DNA of 56,847 nucleotides from a virus (lineage: Duplodnaviria; Caudoviricetes). Shown here one piece after another: positions 39,046 through 49,480 of the stretch; the first letter of the stretch is position 1, and each line of letters begins with the position of its first letter. The translations under genes were made by a program, and so were the position numbers. The DNA lies in the IMG/VR virus record IMGVR_UViG_3300020045_004368, positions 1-56,847 of that record; one strand, written 5' to 3'. The notes beneath the pieces were generated by a model that was given only the letters and a program-made list of their open reading frames with translations, did not search any database and was not told the DNA's origin.

Positions 39046-39467
39046 TTGGAAAGCTCCTCGTATTAGCCCTTTTAGGTGGCTTCCACAGCCTGAGTTTAGG
39101 GGGTAAATCGACGATCGATGGCTTACCCACCCTACCCTACGTCCTCGACTCTCGCGTCGATTATAGGCTATGTGGAGAGGCGCCCCGGGACTCTAACAAC
39201 GTCATTGTACGCAGCAGCTCTGTGCTGGCAGCTTACAAGAGGCTCCACCCTTGCCCTGTGACGGGAAGCTCCACAGGAGCTTGCAAAGGATGGGCTGTAG
39301 ACCACATCATCCCTCTGGCTTCTGGTGGCTGTGACAGTGTCATCAATATGGCTTGGATGCCTGTGCAGATAAAGAGCTGCAAAGCTGATTGGTGCAAGGA
39401 CAGGTGGGAACGTACATATTACGGTAAGCCTGGAGAGGCACACGGCATCGTAGATGCAATCGAATAA
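39042..39467 (+). CDS. HNH-fold protein with N-terminal signal-like peptide
   Basis: HPCP.TG...C.GWAVDHIIPLASGGCDSVINMAW; hydrophobic N-terminus; TTG start. Confidence 0.7.
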   Translation: MIGKLLVLALLGGFHSLSLGGKSTIDGLPTLPYVLDSRVDYRLCGEAPRDSNNVIVRSSSVLAAYKRLHPCPVTGSSTGACKGWAVDHIIPLASGGCDSVINMAWMPVQIKSCKADWCKDRWERTYYGKPGEAHGIVDAIE

Positions 39468-39532
39468 GACAGAATATGAGCCACCAATATACGTGGTTCA
39501 TGTTTGTTGTTTAAAACATACAGAGGTGTATA

Positions 39533-40360
39533 ATGGCAAATCTGAGAATTGTATACAGTAACGCTGCCGACAGAAGCACACTGACAGCTTCCACAACAGC
39601 GGGAACGCTTGTAGCAGCCAACCTTCTTACAGACCGTAAGAGCGAAGTGTGGCGCAGCACAGGCAATACAGCCACACTCACAATGACGTGGACAACGGCT
39701 GAAACTGTGAGTGCTGTGGCTCTTCCGTTCTGTTCCTTGAGCAGCACAGCCACCATCCGTGTACGTGGCTACACAAACACAGGTGATGCTAGTCCTGTCG
39801 TGGACTCTGGCACCATCCTGGCTTGCCCTGGCAGCTACGGCAGCACATATTGGAATGGTCTGCCTTCTGGCGTCAATGCCTATGCTTATGGCGGGGCAGC
39901 TTGTAGCGACGTGTACATCACCCCTACAAGCGTCAAGAAGATTGTTGTGGACATTGCCGACACAGCTAACAGCTTGGGCTATATTGAAGCTGCTAGGCTG
40001 GTGGTGGGGGCTTATTGGAGCCCTGTCAATAACGTCGAATATGGCGTCAAGCTCAGCGTGGAAGAAGGCAGCAAGCATGAACGCTCAGACGCGGGAGACC
40101 TTCACACAGACAGAGGTTGCGTCTACAAAACCCTAAGCTTTGATTTGTCCCTCATGCCTACAACGGACAGGGATGTGCTATGGAAAGTGCTGCGTCTAAA
40201 CGGCATGAGCAAGGCTCTGTATGTCCAGCTCACCCCTGAAAGCTCTGACGCATCAGAGGAACAGATGTTCCAAATCTACGGGAAGCTTTCCCGCCAATCA
40301 TCCATTGCATACACGTTCCTTAATCAGTTTGCCACCCAGCTACAGATAGAGGAGGTGTGA
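39533..40360 (+). CDS. minor tail (distal-tail-like) protein
   Basis: NLLTD.KS.VWRS...GYIEAARLVVG.YWSP..N..YG...IYGKL...IEEV pattern. Confidence 0.6.
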   Translation: MANLRIVYSNAADRSTLTASTTAGTLVAANLLTDRKSEVWRSTGNTATLTMTWTTAETVSAVALPFCSLSSTATIRVRGYTNTGDASPVVDSGTILACPGSYGSTYWNGLPSGVNAYAYGGAACSDVYITPTSVKKIVVDIADTANSLGYIEAARLVVGAYWSPVNNVEYGVKLSVEEGSKHERSDAGDLHTDRGCVYKTLSFDLSLMPTTDRDVLWKVLRLNGMSKALYVQLTPESSDASEEQMFQIYGKLSRQSSIAYTFLNQFATQLQIEEV

Positions 40361-40746
40361 TGCCTTCCTCTTTCCAAGACACAATGGCAAACATTCAAGA
40401 ACACATTACAGCGAAACAAGAGCTTCTGCAAAGTGGCGTCATGACCTACATTGGTGTCATGGGTATCTCCATCTGGGCTGGCATCACCAGCTACTTTGAC
40501 AAGAAGGAGAAATTCAAATGGTCGGGGTTTATTGCCCACATCTCTAGCGCTTCATTTGCAGGGATGATGACCTTCTTTGGTTGCGATTATGCTGGCATCT
40601 CTGGCCCACTTATGGGCGTGCTGTGCGGGGTGTCAGCCCATATGGGCACGCCAGCCCTTATCAATCTGGCCATGCGTTCAAAGCTCGTGAGGAGCTTCTT
40701 GGTTAGCCCTGATGACAAGGAGGACAAGCATGCTGACAAAAGCTGA
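40357..40746 (+). CDS. holin
   Basis: Three hydrophobic segments, S.FAG and GV.AHMG motifs; directly before endolysin. Confidence 0.75.
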   Translation: MMPSSFQDTMANIQEHITAKQELLQSGVMTYIGVMGISIWAGITSYFDKKEKFKWSGFIAHISSASFAGMMTFFGCDYAGISGPLMGVLCGVSAHMGTPALINLAMRSKLVRSFLVSPDDKEDKHADKS

Positions 40747-41263
40747 GCTGCTTACCATCATGCCTTATGCCAAGGCACGTGTGGACAAATTCCTGGGGCC
40801 GCTGAATGAGGCTATGGCAGCTTACAACATCAACACACCTTTGAGGATGGCAGCCTTCTTGGCTCAATTGGGCCATGAGAGTGGGCAGCTTAGGTATGTC
40901 GTGGAGCTGGCCTCAGGGGCTGCCTACGAGGGCCGTAAAGCGCTCGGCAACACATCCCCTGGGGATGGGGTGCGCTACAAGGGCCGTGGCCTCATTCAGC
41001 TCACAGGCAAGGCCAACTACAAGCAACTCTCAGATGCTTTCGGCTTCGACTTTGTAGCATCACCAACAACACTAGAAGAACCTAAGTGGGCTTGCCTGTC
41101 GGCAGCATGGTTCTGGGACAGCAGGAAGCTCAATGCTCTGGCAGATGCCGAAGACTTCCTCACCATCACTAAGCGCATCAACGGAGGCACCAACGGACTA
41201 GCTGACAGGCAAGCTCTGTACAAGGTGGCCCTCTCTACACTCAAAGCAAAGGAAATGAAATGA
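40730..41263 (+). CDS. endolysin, glycoside hydrolase family 19
   Basis: AAFLAQLGHESG, YKGRGLIQLTGKANY, SAAWFW, ITKRINGGTNGLADR. Confidence 0.93.
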   Translation: MLTKAELLTIMPYAKARVDKFLGPLNEAMAAYNINTPLRMAAFLAQLGHESGQLRYVVELASGAAYEGRKALGNTSPGDGVRYKGRGLIQLTGKANYKQLSDAFGFDFVASPTTLEEPKWACLSAAWFWDSRKLNALADAEDFLTITKRINGGTNGLADRQALYKVALSTLKAKEMK

Positions 41264-41544
41264 GCAAGACAATTGCTATCATCGACCTGTTTCGCAAAGG
41301 CGAGGCTGTGGCCGACAAGGAAGTTTGGAAGCGTGGGCAAATCAATGCCACCGTTATTGCTGGCCTCGTGGTGGCTCTGGTGAACGTGGCTGCTGCCTAT
41401 GGAGTCCCCGTTCCGGCTGGCCTTAGCCCCGAGTTCGTGACAATGGCTGTCACAGGAATCATCGGCGTCGTGAACGTCGTGGCTACATACATCACCTCAG
41501 AATCTGTTGGCATCCTGCCTGCCAAGGAAGCTGAAGCACAATGA
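41260..41544 (+). CDS. two-TM membrane protein (lysis accessory)
   Basis: Two hydrophobic helices; follows endolysin. Confidence 0.6.
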   Translation: MSKTIAIIDLFRKGEAVADKEVWKRGQINATVIAGLVVALVNVAAAYGVPVPAGLSPEFVTMAVTGIIGVVNVVATYITSESVGILPAKEAEAQ

Positions 41545-41547
41545 AAG

Positions 41548-41642
41548 AAGCCCGTACAACGTGAGCTGTACGGGCTTATAAGAATTGTTGTGGACGCAGC
41601 TTAGTGCTGCTTGCCCCGCTGAGAAATCAACGGGGCTTTTTT
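41548..41642. terminator. paired terminator hairpins at the convergence of late and replication modules
   Basis: AAGCCCGTACA-ACGTGAGC-TGTACGGGCTT and GCCCCG...CGGGGC-TTTTTT. Confidence 0.7.
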
Positions 41643-41649
41643 ACGTCTG

Positions 41650-41934
41650 TTAGCCAGCCGTCCCTTCGTCCAGAGCTTCAAAGCATTTGCCAACCTCAGA
41701 CAGCTCCTTGGTCTTCTCGGCATATTTGGCCTTCAGATACTTGGACAGCAGGGTCTTGGGCAGGCCGGTGGTTTCAGCCATGGTCTCCACCACTTCCTTA
41801 AGCTGCTCCTTGGCACCCTCAAGGGTACGCAGATGAAGGAAGGCTTCTTGCTGGTAGGCATTGAATAGAGCAACATCAATCTCGATATTGGACGAGTCGA
41901 TGGTGACGAGGATTTTGTTGGTAGCTTCGGTCAT
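41650..41934 (-). CDS. small putative DNA-binding protein (T4 DsbA/GapR-like)
   Basis: Helical EQLKEVVE...TGLPK.LL.K..KA pattern; family call tentative. Confidence 0.5.
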   Translation of the reverse strand: MTEATNKILVTIDSSNIEIDVALFNAYQQEAFLHLRTLEGAKEQLKEVVETMAETTGLPKTLLSKYLKAKYAEKTKELSEVGKCFEALDEGTAG

Positions 41935-41952
41935 GTTGTGGTTTCCTTTTGA

Positions 41953-42102
41953 TTAGTTAGGGAAGTTGATGTGGACAAGCTTGTTGCCACAGAAAGAGTC
42001 ATTGGCACATGCAATGCGGTAGATGTCGAAGGTGGGCCCTTTTGACAGGAACTCAACGATGTCTTCGAAGACCCAGTAGCTTGCTTGAGCTTTGATTGAC
42101 AT
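41953..42102 (-). CDS. hypothetical 49-aa protein
   Basis: MSIKAQASYW...HINFPN fills the gap with TGATG overlap. Confidence 0.4.
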   Translation of the reverse strand: MSIKAQASYWVFEDIVEFLSKGPTFDIYRIACANDSFCGNKLVHINFPN

Positions 42103-42287
42103 CAGAAGTATCCTAGCACAGAGCCAAGAGGCATGGCGAACACGCCTACAACTCGGGCAATGAACAGCCCGGTGACAGCATCATCCAGTGTCATGAAGAT
42201 TTTGGCAATGTTGACTAGCCAGCCAGCAAAGGCAGCCACCCACAGCATAATGAACAGGGCTACAACGAGCCCTCGGAAAGCAAGCAT
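42102..42287 (-). CDS. small membrane protein
   Basis: GW..NI.K...ARVVGVF..PLG.VLGYF; start behind AGGAGAATGAAATG. Confidence 0.65.
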   Translation of the reverse strand: MLAFRGLVVALFIMLWVAAFAGWLVNIAKIFMTLDDAVTGLFIARVVGVFAMPLGSVLGYF

Positions 42288-42288
42288 T

Positions 42289-42504
42289 TCATTCTCCTTT
42301 GAATTGGTTGGTGATGCAAGAAGCACCAAGGTAGAGTTGAGGGACAGATCGATGGCCTTGGCCCTTCAGGAAGGCAAGAGCCTCCTTGTCAGAGCCAACA
42401 TCCACTTCATTGTAATCGACATTCTGCTGTTGCAGCTTGCTCTTCAGAACAACACACTGAGGGCAATTCGCTTTGCTGAACAGCGTGTATGCATTAGAAC
42501 TCAA
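42289..42504 (-). CDS. glutaredoxin (NrdH-like)
   Basis: YTLFSKANCPQC...GHRSVPQLY; likely TTG start at 42504 behind AAGGAG. Confidence 0.85.
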   Translation of the reverse strand: MSSNAYTLFSKANCPQCVVLKSKLQQQNVDYNEVDVGSDKEALAFLKGQGHRSVPQLYLGASCITNQFKGE

Positions 42505-43582
42505 ATTCTTCTCCTTCGTCAACATCATTTTGCAGAACATTCAAACTGTAGTTGGCTCCCACAGTCTCTTGCATGGCCGTCTGCCTCTTGTCAATGTCAA
42601 TGTAATTGGACATCCAAGGCAGAGGGTTGTTGGCAACCCAAGGGTGAGCAAGCTTAACGTCTAGCTCCTCCGCCACCACCTGGGCATTGTACAACACCCA
42701 TTCCTTGAGGAGCAAAGGGTTTAGACCAACAATGCTGCGACCATCAGCAAACAGGCTATCACTCCAAGCAAGCTCGCTAGCCACCACCTCGTGTAGCAGG
42801 CGAGAGACGTAGGAAGCATTGTTGGCCTTGGCAGAAGCTCCGCGGGGAGTGGCATGCTCAATGGCGAGCATAGCCTTGTCACCTTCAGCGTGGATGGTCA
42901 CTTCGTCAATCATGATCTTCTGAACAGCAGTGCCAATGCCTTGGAAGTAGCCTTGTTCCACAATAGCGAACGTGGCTGCAAAGGAGGCCATGAACTGTAG
43001 GCGCTCAAGCATGTACAGGGCGCACAGGGCCTTGTAGACGTATTGGTAGGCGTCTTCCTTGGTGGTGTAGCCAAGGGTGTACATGGCACCAGCGTAGGCC
43101 AGTTCATCAAACACAGTGTTGACGTTGCTGACTCGATTGAGTGTATTGGCATTGTCCATCACCATCCCAAACACCTCGTCTGGATTGGGAACACATTGCC
43201 GGACAATCTCGCTGTACGTCAGTGCATGAATAACCTCCATGTTGCTCACTTCGAGCAGGTAGTTCCACAGCTCAGAAGAAGTGACAAACGGGGCAAACAG
43301 AGGAGCAATGGCCCGAGCAGCAACAGAGTCTGCACTCCATTGGTAGCTCAGGTTGAGCAGCATAATGTCATAGACGCTCTTAGGGCAGCTAATGAGGTCA
43401 AGGCGGCTCTGCTGGAAATTGAACTCAGTCTCCACCCAGCGGCTACTCACCTGCCGCTTGTACAGCTTCTGAATCTCTGGGTAATGAACGTTGATGCTGT
43501 CATGAAGGGCCAGAGGCTCTCCAAGGAACAGACGATGCTCTTTAGTAATGTGGGCTTTGTTGTTGGCATTGAATACAGCCAT
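42494..43582 (-). CDS. nrdB: ribonucleotide reductase class I beta subunit
   Basis: W...E, DS, EVIHALTYS, E.LQFMASF, DE.TIH iron-ligand motifs. Confidence 0.93.
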   Translation of the reverse strand: MAVFNANNKAHITKEHRLFLGEPLALHDSINVHYPEIQKLYKRQVSSRWVETEFNFQQSRLDLISCPKSVYDIMLLNLSYQWSADSVAARAIAPLFAPFVTSSELWNYLLEVSNMEVIHALTYSEIVRQCVPNPDEVFGMVMDNANTLNRVSNVNTVFDELAYAGAMYTLGYTTKEDAYQYVYKALCALYMLERLQFMASFAATFAIVEQGYFQGIGTAVQKIMIDEVTIHAEGDKAMLAIEHATPRGASAKANNASYVSRLLHEVVASELAWSDSLFADGRSIVGLNPLLLKEWVLYNAQVVAEELDVKLAHPWVANNPLPWMSNYIDIDKRQTAMQETVGANYSLNVLQNDVDEGEEFEF

Positions 43583-43623
43583 TGGTTCTCCTTGTTAGGG
43601 AGGGCCTTTGGCCCTCCCGTGGT

Positions 43624-46121
43624 TTACAGCGAACAAGCCTCGCAGACAGGAGCCTCAGCGGCCTCCTTGACAGCTACGCTTGTAGAGCTGTTGATATAGT
43701 AGCGCGTCTTGGCTCCAAGCTTAACACGGGTAAGCCAATCAGCCAGCAATTGTTTCGTACTAAGCTCTCGGCTACCTTCATTGTCATACTTGATGTAGTA
43801 GTCTGCCGAGATGGCTTGGTCTGTGAAGCACTGGATGGCAGCATACATCTCTGCCATGTCTGTGGCTGACACATCCCATGCAAGCTCATAACTTCCAGCC
43901 AGCTTATCAGAGTCTGGGGCGATGAACAAATTCTTGTTGGTGCCAGAGGTCTTTACCAGCTTCAGAGCACGAACAGGGTACACAGAGTTGGTGTGACCAG
44001 AGGCCACAGCACTAGCTTCACAAGGCATGATTGCGCAGACGACACTGAAGCGGCCACCATACAGCTTCATCTCTTGACGATAGCCCTCCCAATCCAGCGA
44101 AGGGCTGACACCAAGCCGCTTCTGAATCTCAGCGTTGGCTGTGTCGATAGGAAGCCACCCATCAGCATACTTGGTGGCGTACCACCCATCAGCGGCTCCA
44201 CGCTCCTTGGCGAGCCTTGTAGACGCCTTGTAGAGCCAATAGGTGTGGCGTTCAGCGTGGTAGTAGATGTGACGCTTACCCTCAAGGCTTGAATACTTCA
44301 GCCCACGGCTAGCCATGTCGTAAGCCAGGTTGGTGATGCCAACGCCAATGTTACGGCGATAGGTGGCCGTGGCCTTCAGATGAGGGAACGGGTAGTCCAT
44401 CAAGGACAGCACATTGTCAATCATGAGGCAAGCATAGTAGGCTACGTCTTCATACTCTTCGTCCGTGGTAAGGCCAGCGGCAATGGCTGCAAGGCTGCAA
44501 AGGGCAATCTCGCCAGCGTCTTCGGAAAGATTCTCCTCGTAGAGCTGTTGGACACTTCCGTATCCTTTGGTTGGTAGGGCAATCTCTTGCATTGTTGTTC
44601 AAGACGCTTCGCTAGAGCATCCCCGCTGGCGTAGCCAGCCGCTGTACATCACTGTACAGATCAGACCATATCATAACCCGTTCTGGGCTCCTGCCGCTTC
44701 CAGCTTGCTTAAGCTGTACTCCCGTGAGGGATGGTCGTTACGCGTTCTAGAGAAGGTCTCTAGCTTCGCCCGGGATTGTCTACGAGAGGGGTTCCCCGGT
44801 TTCAACAGGTTTGCAACAAGCGTTCCCGCTTGAGGGTGCCAGATTAACACAGATTGCTGGAGTAAATCTTTTCCTTGAATGGCGTATGCCGGTTCAGTTC
44901 CTCCGTGTTGTGCTCATATACACGGCCAGTTTCCACAGCCTCCTTGAGCATCTCAATGGCAATGTTACGAGCCTTGATGATACGTTTTGGAATGCTCTTG
45001 TCAGCCAGCACACGCTCATACTCTACGACAAACAAGCTGGAAGGGCCGTACATGGCTTCATACAACTCAGGCGCATCCCCATAAGACACGAGCATCCAAT
45101 CCTCGTTCTTGGCGACTCGACGGGCAAACTCATTGTTGTAGCCAACAGAGTAGTCGATGTTCCTCACTTGCTTCTCTACGACAGTTTGAACGTTCTTGAG
45201 CTTCAGGAGGTCTTCAATCTCCGGGTTCAAGACGTTGTAATGCATGGTAGCAGAGCCGCCACGAGAGCCTTGCTTGTTGGCAGCCACAGCGCTCTGCGTC
45301 ATACGGTAGTAGGGGATAAGCCCTTGGTGGACAACAGCTCCAGCCCTCACCTTGTCACCAATGCTGCGGCTCTTGATGTGAGCACCAATGCCAGCTCCTG
45401 CACAGGTCATCATATAGGTGATGTAGTCAGCAGCAGCTAGGCTAGGCACAGTGTCATTGGTGGTGGTGACACAGCAGGAAGCGTAGGCTCGCTCAGGAGT
45501 TCCAAGGTTAACAGAGAAGGGGCTGGGCGCATTAATCTTCTTGTGAGCAAGGTAGAGGTAGAGCTTGCGGACATCCTCCATACGACGATCAGCAGGCATG
45601 CCGGCCATGTTGCCTAGAGCCATTCGCATGTAGACGAATTGAGGCGTCTCGTACACGTGCTTGCTGACACGATCAACGATGGCATATTTCTCCATCACTT
45701 GCTTGGTCTCAGTGAGCGTGGCTTGCAGGTCAAGCTGGTGGTCGATGAATGTGTCGCAATAGGCCAGCTCAGCCTCAGAGTAGGGCATCTTGTCCCACAT
45801 GCCTTTGTCGCTCATGAGGGTAGCCATGGCACCAACAGAGGGGATGCTGCGCCAATCGCCAAAGGCTTGCTTGTAGATGGCACCAATGTACAGGCGGCCA
45901 GCCATCTTAAGGTGGGCCGTAGTCTCTTGGTCAACACAAGCTGCAATCAGGGCATTATGCAGGTCTTCTGTGGTGCAGCCATCATGACATTTGCGGGTAG
46001 CCTCAAGGACGACACCACTCCAGTTGACGCCAATGCCAGAGGCCCATTCACCCCATTGGTTGAGCTTGTCAGCGTCAAACGGCACCAGAGCACCAGAGCG
46101 TTTCTTAATATTCACAATCAT
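43624..46121 (-). CDS. nrdA: ribonucleotide reductase class I alpha subunit; join(46121-44847,44589-43624), 746 aa
   Basis: IKKRSG ATP-cone-like start, ETPQ, ASCC, SNLC|QEI active site restored by splicing, DQAISAD, KTRYY, C-terminal CEAC. Confidence 0.93.
44590..44846 (-). mobile_element. group I intron 4 (nrdA active site), 257 nt, no ORF
   Basis: P1 GTGT|TAA...GCAC; P3 CCTGTT/GGCAGG; GATATGGTCTG; 50 nt identical to intron 1; ends ATG|CAA. Confidence 0.92.
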
Positions 46122-47002
46122 TTATTTTCCTTTAGGTTAGAGAGAATGTGGGCCACAACGTCCACCGTCCATCCGTTTCCAAGCATCTTGTACCGCTGTG
46201 CCGTAGACGCAGCAGATGTGTAGTGGTCAGGCACTGTCTGCAGGCGTTCCCACTCAATGGGGGTGAGCCTTGTCAGTACACCATCTCTAGTCACATACGT
46301 ACAGTTCCAAGACGGCTCCCCTCGCACTGTGAGGCATTTGCTCTTCTCCGTGTCGATAGAAATGTAGCCACCTTTGATCTTGACATCCTTGTACTTACGA
46401 AGCCAGGACATTCTACCTTCAGATAGTAGCGAAAGCTCTGGCACACCAAGCTCTAGGATGTCCGGGAGCTTTACTCCTTTGTCTTCAACAGGTCCGTATC
46501 GAATGTTGGTCCAATACAGTCTCGGACGGTTCTGAGCTGACAAAGCTGAAGAGTTTATCATGACGGGTTGTACACCAACATGATCTGACAGTTTATTGAC
46601 AACTTCCTTGGTTGTCTTCACGTTCTCTAGCAGCCACTTGACATCTGGGTTGTATGCTTTCACAGCTTGCAGCAGCTCCAAGAACTTGTAAAACAATCGG
46701 CTGCGAGGGTCGTCGAAGGCTTGCATCTTACCTGCTAGAGAGAAACCCTGACATGGGCTACCAGCCAAGACGAGGTCTATCTTGCCATCCACAATCACCT
46801 TACTGCCCTGCAAGAGCTTGCCGTCAACGTAGGAGAGCTTGTTGATGTCACCAATGTGTTCAACATCACTCCAATTGCTGGCAGACACCTTGATGGCGTG
46901 TTGGTCAATTTCTGATGCAACGTACCTGCCAACACTGATGCCGGCTCTGTCCAGGGCGAGCCTTCCGCAAGACATGCCATCAAACAAGCTGAGGACAATC
47001 AT
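46118..47002 (-). CDS. DNA cytosine-C5 methyltransferase
   Basis: LSLFDG, GSPCQGFS, LENV, Q.RPRLYW, E.ERLQ, LGNGW. Confidence 0.93.
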   Translation of the reverse strand: MIVLSLFDGMSCGRLALDRAGISVGRYVASEIDQHAIKVSASNWSDVEHIGDINKLSYVDGKLLQGSKVIVDGKIDLVLAGSPCQGFSLAGKMQAFDDPRSRLFYKFLELLQAVKAYNPDVKWLLENVKTTKEVVNKLSDHVGVQPVMINSSALSAQNRPRLYWTNIRYGPVEDKGVKLPDILELGVPELSLLSEGRMSWLRKYKDVKIKGGYISIDTEKSKCLTVRGEPSWNCTYVTRDGVLTRLTPIEWERLQTVPDHYTSAASTAQRYKMLGNGWTVDVVAHILSNLKENK

Positions 47003-47536
47003 TTATTTTCCTTTATATTTCCAAGGGGCTGGAGATTCTAGTTCTCCGGGATACCACAAGCTTCCGTCTTCCCGGAAGGGGTTGCCACGAATGCTATCAC
47101 GTTCTGCAATCATCAGTTCAAGTTGAAGGGCAATCTTGCTGGCGTCAGGCTCGTTGTCAGCAGCCACCCACGGCAAGTCATCAGCAATGCTGGCTAATCC
47201 TCCAGCACCGTCTGACAGGTTGTTCATCATCTGCATTAGTGCGTTGTCCCGCTTGCTGACAGCAACAAGGTACTCAGCAGATGAACACAGCTTGCTGCGG
47301 AGGAACTCTGGGTTAGACGAGACTTCACCAACAGCACGGAAGCCTACCATAATCTTACCATCTAGCGTTCGATGCTTGGCTGGGAGGTATTGGATTGGCC
47401 TAGCCATATTGAAACCAAGCTTGCGTAGATAGCTGTTGACAAGCTCGTCGTTCTCAATGTACAGAAGGTCTCGCTCAGTGAAGCCTGAGAGAGCGTCAAT
47501 TCGAAGGAGATCGTTAAAGCTGAAAACGCGGCTCAT
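47003..47536 (-). CDS. hypothetical protein
   Basis: 177-aa ORF, AGGAG RBS. Confidence 0.65.
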   Translation of the reverse strand: MSRVFSFNDLLRIDALSGFTERDLLYIENDELVNSYLRKLGFNMARPIQYLPAKHRTLDGKIMVGFRAVGEVSSNPEFLRSKLCSSAEYLVAVSKRDNALMQMMNNLSDGAGGLASIADDLPWVAADNEPDASKIALQLELMIAERDSIRGNPFREDGSLWYPGELESPAPWKYKGK

Positions 47537-47700
47537 GAGGGTTCTCCTAGATTATCAATGAAGTTAGTGGCAAGGGCTAGCTCGATCTCTTCAATGATAG
47601 CTTGCCAGCAGGCGGGACAGTCACATGAAGGGAAAGTGCCAATGAAATGTGTTGCTCTGGCGCCACAGATGTGGCAAGGGGCGATGTCAGGTGTAGTCAT
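47533..47700 (-). CDS. small Cys-rich (possible Zn-binding) protein, 55 aa
   Basis: MTTPDIAPCHICG...SCDCPACW; ATGA overlaps at both ends. Confidence 0.5.
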   Translation of the reverse strand: MTTPDIAPCHICGARATHFIGTFPSCDCPACWQAIIEEIELALATNFIDNLGEPS

Positions 47701-47969
47701 GTTGCCAGTCCTTGTAGTTGCAGGTAAGCCAGCAAGGCCGGCATTTGCTTATATGGGTAGGTTGTCGAGTAGTCTAGCGTGATTGAAGGCTGGCCCTCGC
47801 TATGTAGGATGAAGTATTCTTTATGCCAATGCATGTAGGGCTGGGAGGGTTCTTCAGCCACTTCAAATATGGATGGGAAGGGCTGCTGGACAACGAAGGC
47901 TACGGTTGCATCTGACAGGCAGACAAGCGTGATGGGTAGACCGCGCAAGGTGAAGTGGGCTTGCTGCAT
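47697..47969 (-). CDS. hypothetical protein
   Basis: 90-aa ORF in operon. Confidence 0.5.
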   Translation of the reverse strand: MQQAHFTLRGLPITLVCLSDATVAFVVQQPFPSIFEVAEEPSQPYMHWHKEYFILHSEGQPSITLDYSTTYPYKQMPALLAYLQLQGLAT

Positions 47970-47970
47970 A

Positions 47971-48552
47971 TTAGTCTGTTACCTCCACAACGTAGTTCAT
48001 AAGCGCGTCGTAGACGCGCGGGTCGATGACGGGCCGGTAGAGGGCCGCTACTCGGCGGGCTTCAGCTTCTTTGGCAGGCTTGTAGGCAGCAAAGGCAGCT
48101 TCAGGTGTGGTGAAGTAGCCTAGGCCACTTTGCTTGCCGTTGACGCTAAGTTGTACTTTAAACTTCTCCGTCTTAGCGTCCCAGCACACCCCGATAGGCC
48201 ATTCCCCTCTGGCTGCATCGCACTTGACAAGCAACGTATTCACAGCTCTAGGGACAAAGACACAAAGCTCAGGGCAATAGACTTTGTTTCCTTTGAGTAG
48301 AATGTCTTTGTCAAGCTGCCCAGCCTCATAACCAATCTGGTGCCTTGCCCATTCGATAAACTCGTGGCAGGAAGTCCATGTGTATGAGCAACCGATGTAG
48401 GCTGGCTTGTTGCGCTGGCGGCTTCCACCAACCTTGCAGCGCTGAGTCATGTCATGCCAATACCTGCCACCAACGGTTGGGTAATTCTTCCCGGCGACCA
48501 TCCCGGTCTGCATCCATTCACCATACTCGTTCTTGTAATCTTCAAGCTTCAT
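47971..48552 (-). CDS. free-standing HNH-like homing endonuclease with AP2-like C-terminus (copy A)
   Basis: W.DM.QRC, LDKDIL.KGNKVYCPE.CVFV...N, PIGV...F......GK...LGYF.T.EAAF.AY. Confidence 0.8.
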   Translation of the reverse strand: MKLEDYKNEYGEWMQTGMVAGKNYPTVGGRYWHDMTQRCKVGGSRQRNKPAYIGCSYTWTSCHEFIEWARHQIGYEAGQLDKDILLKGNKVYCPELCVFVPRAVNTLLVKCDAARGEWPIGVCWDAKTEKFKVQLSVNGKQSGLGYFTTPEAAFAAYKPAKEAEARRVAALYRPVIDPRVYDALMNYVVEVTD

Positions 48553-49480
48553 TATCCCCTCCATAAGTCTTAGCTAGCCAATCCAATCCCACAAACAGCG
48601 GGTCGTAACTACCGTTCCGGACATTATGCTTGAGCACTACACCGCGCCAGTGGGCATTGCCTTGGGCACCTTTGTACTCTTCTTCATGCATATAACACGC
48701 GCCAGCGATCAATCCCCACTGCTGGCTCCCGTCAGCCGGCAAGAAGCGGGTAGCCACGTCTAGTACCTGCCGGTGCCCCTGAGTAAAGCTCTGCCCGATT
48801 GTCTTGAGCATGTTGGCTGCCGTGCCAGACAACGGCTTACCGGTCAGCACGTTCTGGAAGAAATGAGCATATGCCACGCCATCAACAATCACAGGCTTTA
48901 AGAAGGGGTAGACCTCCCAGCCCGCCTCTTCGTAACCCAGGCTGTGCATGCCAAGAAAACCATGCAGCTCAGGATTCGCGTCAACATGGCGATCAATTCT
49001 AGCTTCGTGGTTGCCGAGCGTCAGTACCATCCGGGGATTGTACACCGGCTTACCAGCAGCCTGCTGCTGAGCTTGAAGTTCTCGCATTGGGGCGAGCAGT
49101 AGTTTCATCCCTTCTTTTGCGGCTGTAATATCTTCCGACACACGCCGACCCTCAGCAGACCGTTTGCCTTTGTCGTAGGACGACAGCGATGGCATATCTG
49201 CAAAGTCTCCAATGTTGACAATAACATCTGGGCGAGCCTTGACAATGTACTTGCCAATGTGGGTCAAAAAACTCGTGTCAATGCCCTGCTTCACCTGACA
49301 ATCAGGAATCAGCAGGTGCCGATTGGAATGCTTAGACGGCTCTTTGATTTTACCAACCCCCCTCAAATAATCACTCACCGTGCTCTTGCTAATCCCCAGC
49401 GCCTTGGCAATCTGCCGCCAGCTCATGCTGCCCTCGTTTGCCATTGCTTCAGCCATGCTCTGCCATTGTTGCTTGCTCAT
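48542..49480 (-). CDS. metallophosphoesterase with N-terminal HTH
   Basis: SWRQIAKALGISKSTVSDYL; IPD.Q, GDFAD, LGNHE, GH motifs. Confidence 0.85.
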   Translation of the reverse strand: MSKQQWQSMAEAMANEGSMSWRQIAKALGISKSTVSDYLRGVGKIKEPSKHSNRHLLIPDCQVKQGIDTSFLTHIGKYIVKARPDVIVNIGDFADMPSLSSYDKGKRSAEGRRVSEDITAAKEGMKLLLAPMRELQAQQQAAGKPVYNPRMVLTLGNHEARIDRHVDANPELHGFLGMHSLGYEEAGWEVYPFLKPVIVDGVAYAHFFQNVLTGKPLSGTAANMLKTIGQSFTQGHRQVLDVATRFLPADGSQQWGLIAGACYMHEEEYKGAQGNAHWRGVVLKHNVRNGSYDPLFVGLDWLAKTYGGDNEA

